A model generated the notes under the pieces. It saw nothing but the letters and a program-made list of their open reading frames with translations, was not told where the DNA came from and did not search any database. From a virus (lineage: Duplodnaviria > Caudoviricetes), in IMG/VR virus record IMGVR_UViG_3300021962_000107, positions 1 through 61,100 of that record: a stretch of 61,100 bases of DNA, one strand, 5' to 3'. Positions 8,536 to 15,554 of this stretch are shown in pieces. The position numbers and the translations under genes were made by a program. Numbering within the stretch: position 1 is the first letter of the stretch; every line of letters starts with the position of its first letter.

Positions 8536-9443
8536 TGTCAAAATATCTTATAACTGGTGGTCCAGGGTCTCTTGGAAAAGAAATTTGTAAACAACTTTTA
8601 AACTTTTCAGATACTGAAGAAATTACAATGTTTTCTAGAAATGAAACAAAGCAGTTTGAATCCTCTATGGATATAAATGATAGAAGAGTTAAATATATTA
8701 TTGGAGACATTAAAAATTTTAATTCTTTATTTAATGCAATGAATGGAGTTGATTTTGTATTTCATGCTGCAGCATTAAAACACATAGATTTAGCAGAAAA
8801 GTCACCAGATGAAACCATTAATGTAAATGTTGTTGGAACAAATAATGTAGTAAATGCAGCTATTCAAAATAATGTAAAAAAAGTTTTACTAATTTCTACT
8901 GATAAGGCTTGTATACCAACCAGTATATATGGCGTAAGTAAGCTGCTATCTGAAAAAAATATAATATTATCAAATAATATATCTGATACAAAGTTTTCTG
9001 TAGTAAGATTTGGAAATTTAATTGGAAGTAACGGATCTATTTTCCAAAAATGGAAGATAATGAAGGATAGTGGTCAAAGGATATCCGTTACAGATAAAGA
9101 TATGACAAGACTTTTTATTAGAAGCTCAGATGCTGCTTCTTGGGCAATTAAATTTTTGTTAATAATGAATGGTAGCGAAATTTTTGTCCCTAAGATGAAA
9201 AGTGCAAACATTTATGAAATTGCCAAGTCCTTTATTGATGAGTCAAGAATAGATATAGTTGGAACTAGACCTGGAGAAAAGTTAGATGAAGATATTCTAT
9301 CTAGTTTAGAGCTTGGATCTGTTGACGATCTTGGAGATTTTTATATTTTAAATAATGATAATAAAGTTGGAAACTTTTCATATAATAGTAGTACTAATAA
9401 ATACTGGTATTCTGGAAAAGAAATAAAAGATTTTTTTAATTAG
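8535..9443 (+). CDS. UDP-GlcNAc 4,6-dehydratase (PseB/CapD-like SDR)
   Basis: LITGGPGSLG, FHAAALKHI, ISTDKA, YGVSK, VRFGNLIGSNGS, MTRLF, RPGEKL. Confidence 0.85.
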   Translation: MSKYLITGGPGSLGKEICKQLLNFSDTEEITMFSRNETKQFESSMDINDRRVKYIIGDIKNFNSLFNAMNGVDFVFHAAALKHIDLAEKSPDETINVNVVGTNNVVNAAIQNNVKKVLLISTDKACIPTSIYGVSKLLSEKNIILSNNISDTKFSVVRFGNLIGSNGSIFQKWKIMKDSGQRISVTDKDMTRLFIRSSDAASWAIKFLLIMNGSEIFVPKMKSANIYEIAKSFIDESRIDIVGTRPGEKLDEDILSSLELGSVDDLGDFYILNNDNKVGNFSYNSSTNKYWYSGKEIKDFFN

Positions 9444-9452
9444 GAGGTATAA

Positions 9453-9578
9453 GTGATTAATAGAAAAATTTCAATTGTTAATACATGTAATTTATGCTTA
9501 GAGGCTATTTCTAGATTTATAAAAAAGGATTCAAAAAAGAATCAAAATTGTAAATGTAAACAGTGCAAGTGTAGGTAG
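9453..9578 (+). CDS. 41-aa Cys/Lys-rich microprotein (not in the ORF track)
   Basis: AGGAGG SD plus GTG; MINRKISIVNTCNLCLEAISRFIKKDSKKNQNCKCKQCKCR*; fills the gap between its neighbours. Confidence 0.55.
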   Translation: MINRKISIVNTCNLCLEAISRFIKKDSKKNQNCKCKQCKCR

Positions 9579-9584
9579 AGCATT

Positions 9585-9995
9585 GTGAATGAAATAATTT
9601 TAGTTGATATTGATGGAACTGTTGCACATAGATCTAATAGAGGTCCGTATGAATATGATAAAGTTGGATCAGACATTCCAGATAAAAATATTATAGATAT
9701 TCTACAATGTTTTTGGAAGTCTAGTAAGACATTAATTTTTGTTACTGGTCGTGAAGACTCTTGCTATGAAGAAACTTATGAGTGGCTTGTTGACAACTGT
9801 CCGCCATTTTCAAAACTATATATGCGTAAATCTGGAGATTATCGTAGTGATTCAGAAGTTAAAAAAGAAATATATGATCTTTATATAAAAGATAAGTTCA
9901 ACGTTTTATGCGTTATTGATGATCGTCAATCAGTCGTTGATATGTGGAGAAGCATAGGCTTAAAATGTTTACAAGTTGATTATGGAAACTTTTGA
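9585..9995 (+). CDS. HAD phosphatase, T4 PNK (PseT) 3'-phosphatase-like, stand-alone
   Basis: DIDGT, VTGR, MRKSGDYRSD..VK, IDDR..VVDMW. Confidence 0.8.
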   Translation: MNEIILVDIDGTVAHRSNRGPYEYDKVGSDIPDKNIIDILQCFWKSSKTLIFVTGREDSCYEETYEWLVDNCPPFSKLYMRKSGDYRSDSEVKKEIYDLYIKDKFNVLCVIDDRQSVVDMWRSIGLKCLQVDYGNF

Positions 9996-10705
9996 TGAAT
10001 AAGCAAAAGAAAATACATCATTTCTATCATATAGGATCTTCTGGACAATGGCTTCAGCCATTATCAGAACATATTCATGCTTTAAAAAGATATGGTCTTT
10101 TAGATAGATTGGATAGTATAAATTTTGGAATTATTGGTTTAAGTGATAATAGAGAAGAGGTAAAAAAATTTTTGTCTAATGAATTAAATGAATTTAATAT
10201 TGTTGCAGAGGCTGATAGTGGATGGGAGCAGGTAACTCTTAAACCCTTATATGAGTTTTCATTAAAAAATGATGGCTATATATTTTATGCTCATACAAAA
10301 TCTTCCAACAATCATAACGTTTTTGGAGCAAAGCATAGAAGATCTATGACATATTTTAATGTTGTAAAATGGAAAGATTGTGTGGATAAGTTAGATGAAG
10401 GATACACCTTAGCTGGAGTTCATTATTGTCAAATGTATCTAATTAAGGATGCTTATGGAAACGAACTAGATATTCCAGGAGAAACTCAGTGGAAAAATAT
10501 AAAAGATCATGATGGGTTTTATTTAGGTAATTTTTGGTGGGTAACAACTGATGGAATAAAGAGTTTAAAAGAGTGTGCTAATAACTATAGACAGGATGCT
10601 GAGTTTTGGATAGCCCAAATAAAGTTAGATAATAAGATAGCCTATGATTTTTATCCACATCAAGTACTTACAGAGCATGAAGACAAGTTTATAACTAAAT
10701 GGTAA
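9995..10705 (+). CDS. Hypothetical protein, possibly glycosyltransferase-related
   Basis: YIFYAHTKS, GNFWW and R..AEFWI motifs; lies in a sugar-enzyme cluster. Confidence 0.45.
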   Translation: MNKQKKIHHFYHIGSSGQWLQPLSEHIHALKRYGLLDRLDSINFGIIGLSDNREEVKKFLSNELNEFNIVAEADSGWEQVTLKPLYEFSLKNDGYIFYAHTKSSNNHNVFGAKHRRSMTYFNVVKWKDCVDKLDEGYTLAGVHYCQMYLIKDAYGNELDIPGETQWKNIKDHDGFYLGNFWWVTTDGIKSLKECANNYRQDAEFWIAQIKLDNKIAYDFYPHQVLTEHEDKFITKW

Positions 10706-10738
10706 AAGGCTAACTATTTATGGAAAATATACTAAACA

Positions 10739-10747
10739 TGGTATAAT
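10739..10747 (+). promoter_or_regulatory. Extended -10 promoter TGgTATAAT
   Basis: Intergenic; followed by SD AAAGGTGA and ATG 10766. Confidence 0.6.
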
Positions 10748-10765
10748 ATTGAAAGGTGATTAATA

Positions 10766-11146
10766 ATGGCATTTCCAGGCACATATAATTTTAACTACTA
10801 TGCTGGTGACACTTTTGAGTTTTTTGTATATCCAAAGAATTCCTCTGGTGGAGTTTTTGATAATCTTTCCGAATATACTCCACTTTTTGTAATTGCTACA
10901 GCAAGAGGATCTGCTTCTGCGTCTGTAATTTCTTCACTTGAGCCTACTGAATTATTGACTACAGTAGAAGATGGAGACCATGTTTCTTGTACAATTCTTC
11001 CAGATGGTGGTAGACAGTTAACTAATGCTACATATTTTTATGATTTAGAAATTGAAAATACAAGTGCATCATCTTCATCTTTTGGAAAAGTCTTTACTCT
11101 TTTAACTGGAACAATCACAGTTACACAAGATGTGGCGGTAACGTAA
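10766..11146 (+). CDS. Virion structural protein (BppU N-terminal-like Ig fold)
   Basis: YNFNYYAGDTF...YFYDLEI...TLLTGTITVTQDV. Confidence 0.55.
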   Translation: MAFPGTYNFNYYAGDTFEFFVYPKNSSGGVFDNLSEYTPLFVIATARGSASASVISSLEPTELLTTVEDGDHVSCTILPDGGRQLTNATYFYDLEIENTSASSSSFGKVFTLLTGTITVTQDVAVT

Positions 11147-11147
11147 T

Positions 11148-11732
11148 ATGGCAATAGATACTATTATATCTAATGATGAATTAGTTGTAGTTGGACCACC
11201 TGCCTCAGTATCTGTAAGTGTTGACATTGGTCCACAAGGAGAAAGAGGATCACAGTTTTTTACTGGAGTAGGACCTCCATCAGAAAATTCTTCAATTTTA
11301 ACAAGTGCGAAAATAAATGATTTATATATAAATAGAAGACTTGATGGTGGAAAATATGGAGTTGTCTATAAGCTAGATGCAATCCCTGGTGGATCTATTT
11401 GGCAAGAAGTTTTAAAGTTTCAGCCACTGGCTTATAGTGTTCAAAAAATAATTAATTTTTCTGCAGGTTCTGGATCAACTTCAATAGCTTTGGCAGACTT
11501 TTACTCTAGTGCTCCAGAAGGATTAGACCCAAATAGTATCTTAGTTCAGGCAACGGCAGAATTAAATAATCCAGCATTTATATCTATATCAGATAAATCA
11601 ATTACTGAAATATCTTCAACAAAAACATTTATTATACAGCTAAAGGGTGCAGAATTGTCTTCAGGTACAGTATCTCTATTATCTTCTTCTGCAATCCCTG
11701 TAAACCTTTTTATAACAGCAGGAGTTGCATAG
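11148..11732 (+). CDS. Minor tail/fibre-associated protein
   Basis: DIGPQGERGSQFFTGVGPP...INDLYIN fibre-junction-like motif. Confidence 0.5.
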   Translation: MAIDTIISNDELVVVGPPASVSVSVDIGPQGERGSQFFTGVGPPSENSSILTSAKINDLYINRRLDGGKYGVVYKLDAIPGGSIWQEVLKFQPLAYSVQKIINFSAGSGSTSIALADFYSSAPEGLDPNSILVQATAELNNPAFISISDKSITEISSTKTFIIQLKGAELSSGTVSLLSSSAIPVNLFITAGVA

Positions 11733-11735
11733 TTT

Positions 11736-12440
11736 ATGGCACAATTAATTAGTTCTTCTAAAAATTTTTCAGCCCCAGCTTTTAACACCTATGTTCCACA
11801 GCTTTCTGATAATGCAGATATTCAAAATGCTTTTGAATTATTCTACTATGGAAATTTTGAAACTGGAAATACCTATGATACTACTAATAGTATTTATGCA
11901 AATCTTTTAAGTTTTGATACAAGAATTGATAGTGCTGAAAATAATATTTCTGGACATATAGGTGCATCAGAAGCACACGATGCTACTGGTGGCATAGTCG
12001 GTGTTACTAAAGCACAGACATTAACAAATAAAACTTTAACACTTCCTAAGATTAATGAAAATGTTGAACTTACTGCTACAGCAACAGAGCTTAATGTTCT
12101 TGATGGAATTACCTCTAGCACAGCAGAATTAAATATTCTTGACGGAGTTACTTCTAGTGCTGCAGAACTTAATATCCTTGATGGTGTAACTGCGTCTACT
12201 GCAGAATTAAATATCCTTGATGGTGTAACTACGTCTACTGCAGAACTTAATGTTCTTTATGGAGTAACTGCTACTACTTCTGAAATTAATTATTTAAGTG
12301 GAGTTACTTCTGCTATTCAAACTCAAATTAATTTAAAACCAACTTTAAGGTATGAAGGCTCTATTGTAAATAGAAATATTTTTGTTCAAGCAGCACAGCC
12401 TACAGCAGTAAATGTTGGCGATATTTGGTTTGACTTCTAG
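11736..12440 (+). CDS. Short tail fibre protein with 13-aa tandem repeats
   Basis: QTLTNKTLT; six (T/A)AELNILDGVT.S repeats; C-terminal QPTAVNVGDIWFD. Confidence 0.65.
   Translation: MAQLISSSKNFSAPAFNTYVPQLSDNADIQNAFELFYYGNFETGNTYDTTNSIYANLLSFDTRIDSAENNISGHIGASEAHDATGGIVGVTKAQTLTNKTLTLPKINENVELTATATELNVLDGITSSTAELNILDGVTSSAAELNILDGVTASTAELNILDGVTTSTAELNVLYGVTATTSEINYLSGVTSAIQTQINLKPTLRYEGSIVNRNIFVQAAQPTAVNVGDIWFDF
12081..12314 (+). repeat. 39-nt (13-aa) tandem repeat, about 6 copies
   Basis: gcagaattaaatatccttgatggtgtaact-type units with synonymous variation. Confidence 0.85.
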
Positions 12441-12448
12441 GATATAGT

Positions 12449-13264
12449 ATGGCTATTCAATGGGGATCCTGGGTATACGCTGGTGGAAACGGTATGCGTA
12501 TTGGTCTGGATATATCCTGGTCAGCTGTTGATTCAGGATCATCTAGTACAACTGCAACAATAGCTGTTTGGACTCAAAATCAGTATAACTATGCTGATGC
12601 TCAAACAATTACATATGGTGGCTCATTATCTGGAACAACAAACTATACAAATAATGGTGCTACTGGAACTAGCACACAAAGAGCAACAAAAACTTATACT
12701 CACACATATGGCTCAAACCCTGCAACATTTACTTTTTCTGCAACACTTTCTGGTCTATACAATGGTGGAAATCCAAGTGTTTCAGTTTCCAGTACTACTC
12801 CAACTAGACCTGCTCCACCACCTCCACCACCTCCTCCACCTCCTCCGCCTCCTCCACCTCCTCCTCCAATATTTGCTCCATCTGCACCACAGTCATTTGC
12901 TGCAAATACTAACACTTTTGGACAAATAGGTCTTTCATGGTCAGCACCAGCTAGTAATGGCGGTTCTGCTGTAACTAGTTATGTGCTTCGTAATGGCACA
13001 ACTGTGTTACAAAATAGCTTATCCACATCTTATACTCATACAGGTCTATCTCCAGATACGGATTATTCCTATACAGTTACTGCTGCCAATGCTGTTGGTG
13101 AAGGAGCTGCAGCATCTCTAACAGCTAGAACTCTTGGAGGAATTGTAAAAGTATGGAATGGTACACAATATGTAACAGCTATTCCAAAAGTGTGGAATGG
13201 ATCATCATGGGTCAATGCTCAGGCAAGAGTTTGGAATGGAACAGAATGGAAATATGGAATTTAA
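12449..13264 (+). CDS. Virion protein with an 18-Pro linker and a fibronectin type III domain
   Basis: P18 at 12815-12868; APSAP...LSWSAPASNGGSAVTSY...GLSPDTDYSYTVTAANAVGEG is FN3; C-terminal (K/R)VWNG x3. Confidence 0.8.
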   Translation: MAIQWGSWVYAGGNGMRIGLDISWSAVDSGSSSTTATIAVWTQNQYNYADAQTITYGGSLSGTTNYTNNGATGTSTQRATKTYTHTYGSNPATFTFSATLSGLYNGGNPSVSVSSTTPTRPAPPPPPPPPPPPPPPPPPPIFAPSAPQSFAANTNTFGQIGLSWSAPASNGGSAVTSYVLRNGTTVLQNSLSTSYTHTGLSPDTDYSYTVTAANAVGEGAAASLTARTLGGIVKVWNGTQYVTAIPKVWNGSSWVNAQARVWNGTEWKYGI

Positions 13265-13267
13265 TAT

Positions 13268-13296
13268 TTGACAATACAGATTCTATAAGATATAAT
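13268..13296 (+). promoter_or_regulatory. Consensus sigma70/SigA promoter
   Basis: TTGACA-17 nt-TATAAT, followed by GGAG SD and ATG 13328. Confidence 0.85.
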
Positions 13297-13327
13297 TTTA
13301 CAAAGTACTATAGATAGGAGAAAAAAT

Positions 13328-13633
13328 ATGGTACTCAATTTAACAAAATCACAAAAAGAAATGTTGCAATCTTATGGTCGTTCATTTCTAGGTGCAGCTA
13401 TTGCACTATATATGGCAGGTAATACAGATCCTTATACATATATCTATGCCTTAGTAGCTGCATTTGCTCCAGTTGCAATTAGATTCTTTAATAAGAATGA
13501 TATTGCTTTTGGAAAAGTTAATGGAAATTCTTCAGCAGATGAAGTTGCAACAGAAGTTGTTGCAGCAGTAAAGAAAGTTGCTAAAAAGGCTCCAGCTAAG
13601 AAGTCCTCATCAAAAAAAACTGATACAAAGTAA
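13328..13633 (+). CDS. Holin-like membrane protein with a Lys/Ala-rich tail
   Basis: Two hydrophobic segments (SFLGAAIALYMAG; IYALVAAFAPVAIRFF); basic tail KKVAKKAPAKKSSSKK. Confidence 0.5.
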   Translation: MVLNLTKSQKEMLQSYGRSFLGAAIALYMAGNTDPYTYIYALVAAFAPVAIRFFNKNDIAFGKVNGNSSADEVATEVVAAVKKVAKKAPAKKSSSKKTDTK

Positions 13634-13646
13634 GATATACTAAACC

Positions 13647-14738
13647 ATGCCATCTCCAACAATTGCTTTTTTAACCTACGACTGGTCATTCGGTGTAAAA
13701 CCATTACAACCAAATGGCTGTGGTTGGTACAGATGCTATCTACCAATGAAGCAGTTGAAGGAGCATGGCTGGGAAAGTGGAATAGGTCTTCCAGGATTTA
13801 GTCCAGAACATGCCTTTGGAATTTTATTGCCAGAAGAAAAGGCAATTCATGGATGGGACATTATCGTATTAAAGTTAATCATGCTTGAAAGGTTTGTTGA
13901 CCATGTTAAGAGAGCAAAAGAACTTGGTCAAAAAATTGTTGTTGATATTGATGATCATATGGAAGGTCTTGAAGAAACTAACCTTGCCTATAAAACAACT
14001 CATCCAGATTCAAATCCAAAAAATAACAGAGAGCACTATGTTGCTATTATGGATCAGGCAGATGCTTTAATTACTTCTACCCCATTTTTATATGATTTTT
14101 ATAAAGAAAAATATCCAGAAAAACCAATCTTTATGGTAAGAAATGGCATAGACATTGAAAGATGGAATATGAGAAAAGATCATAAAGGATGGCTACCTAC
14201 TTTTGGATGGGTTGGTGCAACACCTTGGAGATCTGGAGATTTAGAAACCCTTAATCCATTCTTTGGTGAATTCTTAAAACAAAAACATTTAAAGTTTCAT
14301 CATGCAGGAAATATTATTAATGCTCCAACTGCTGCTCAGCAAATTGGAATAGATAAAAGACTTTGTACTGTAGAGCCTATGAAGACAATGTTAGGAGTTC
14401 CAGAACTTTATAGAAAAATGGATGTTGGAATTGTTCCTCTAAGAAATGTTCCATTTAATCATGCTAAGTCATATCTAAAAGGTTTAGAAAATGCAGCAGC
14501 AGGAATTCCTTTTATTGCATCTGGAGGACTTCCAGAATATCAGCTATTTGCTGATGAGGGCGTTGGAAGAATAGCAAACACACCTGATGAATGGATTGGT
14601 CATATGACAGAACTTTTAAATCCAAAAGTAAGACTTGAAGAAAGAATGAAAAATCGTGAAATCATATCTGAAAAATTCTCTATGAAGCAAAGAGGGTATG
14701 ATTGGGACGAAGTGTTCAGAAAAATTCTTGCACTATAA
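13647..14738 (+). CDS. GT-B (GT4-like) glycosyltransferase
   Basis: GCGWYRC..P, DIDD, RNGID, FGWVG, DVGIVPL...FNHAKSYLKGLENAAAGIPFIAS. Confidence 0.8.
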   Translation: MPSPTIAFLTYDWSFGVKPLQPNGCGWYRCYLPMKQLKEHGWESGIGLPGFSPEHAFGILLPEEKAIHGWDIIVLKLIMLERFVDHVKRAKELGQKIVVDIDDHMEGLEETNLAYKTTHPDSNPKNNREHYVAIMDQADALITSTPFLYDFYKEKYPEKPIFMVRNGIDIERWNMRKDHKGWLPTFGWVGATPWRSGDLETLNPFFGEFLKQKHLKFHHAGNIINAPTAAQQIGIDKRLCTVEPMKTMLGVPELYRKMDVGIVPLRNVPFNHAKSYLKGLENAAAGIPFIASGGLPEYQLFADEGVGRIANTPDEWIGHMTELLNPKVRLEERMKNREIISEKFSMKQRGYDWDEVFRKILAL

Positions 14739-14739
14739 T
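14734..14739 (+). promoter_or_regulatory. -10 TATAAT 6 nt upstream of ATG 14746 (leaderless)
   Basis: cacTATAATatatgtATG; no SD. Confidence 0.5.
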
Positions 14740-14745
14740 ATATGT

Positions 14746-15276
14746 ATGGCTAAACTATTTATTAAAAGTGACGAATATTCAGAACCAGTTAAAACTTTTT
14801 TAAAAAAATATATTAGGCAAAATACTCCTTATAACTTAGCAGTTCACGAACAGAATGCTGACATATGCATTAGTTTATTTATCCCAGAATATCCAGCAGA
14901 AGAAAGATTTAATGCATATTTTTATAACAATACTGAGGGCATGGAAGATCTTGCAAATAAGATTTACTACCAATGTTCAAAGGCAGATATTAAAACAAGA
15001 CCAGTCTCTAAAAGGTCTCTTCCAAGAGAAGAGTATGAATTAGATTTTAAATGTCCTACTTTAATTATTAATTTAACAAATGATTCAAAAGAAATTGATG
15101 AAGAAGTTTATGCACTTGTTATTGGTCAAGGTATTGTTTCTTATTTAAATCCTGGAACTGTGTTTGATACTTTTTCTGTAAAAGATAAAATTAAAAAGCC
15201 AGGGGATAAAAGTTTTGTCAATAGAAAATATATTCAAGAGCCAACAAGCAATACTAGACTGCTTTTTAAGAAGTAG
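14746..15276 (+). CDS. Hypothetical protein, possibly a degenerate Amidase_3-fold protein
   Basis: NADICISLF...LANKIY...IKTRPV...KCPTLIINL parallels Amidase_3 ADLFISIH...LA..I...NRGV...PAVLVE without the His/Glu. Confidence 0.4.
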   Translation: MAKLFIKSDEYSEPVKTFLKKYIRQNTPYNLAVHEQNADICISLFIPEYPAEERFNAYFYNNTEGMEDLANKIYYQCSKADIKTRPVSKRSLPREEYELDFKCPTLIINLTNDSKEIDEEVYALVIGQGIVSYLNPGTVFDTFSVKDKIKKPGDKSFVNRKYIQEPTSNTRLLFKK

Positions 15277-15487
15277 CTAAAGAAATATATCCTTTAATTT
15301 TTTCTATTAAATTAACTCCTGGGTAAAAAGAAGTATGACATCCTAGACAATAAAAAAATACTTTATCATTGTTGTCAACTTTAGAAATAACAGTATCATC
15401 TGTATCAAACTTGCATTCTATTTTTTTTGCTTTATTAATTTTTACCAATTCGTTATAGTAGTTTACTTCTTGAATAGTCAACTCCAT
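15266..15487 (-). CDS. Small Zn-ribbon-like protein; the only credible reverse-strand gene
   Basis: AAGGAG SD on the - strand; IECK...FYCLGCH; own extended -10. Confidence 0.7.
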   Translation of the reverse strand: MELTIQEVNYYNELVKINKAKKIECKFDTDDTVISKVDNNDKVFFYCLGCHTSFYPGVNLIEKIKGYISLATS

Positions 15488-15516
15488 TTGCTTCTCCTTG
15501 AATAGTCGTGTAGAAT
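15488..15516 (+). promoter_or_regulatory. Promoter for the RNR gene
   Basis: TTGCTT-17 nt-TAGAAT. Confidence 0.55.
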
Positions 15517-15528
15517 ATATCTATTACA

Positions 15529-15537
15529 ATTTTATCA
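15529..15537 (-). promoter_or_regulatory. Extended -10 (TGaTAAAAT) for the reverse-strand gene
   Basis: Reverse complement of attttatca; same motif as 17502-17510. Confidence 0.55.
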
Positions 15538-15554
15538 GAAGGACGTGTTACTAA

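Noticed and set aside
12081-12314. 39-nt repeats as a CRISPR array
   Set aside because: Contiguous, in frame, no unique spacers, mostly synonymous variation
12700-12915. Reverse-strand poly-Gly ORF, and the Trp/Arg- or Val/Glu-rich ORFs at 41307-41564
   Set aside because: Antisense shadows of the polyproline codons
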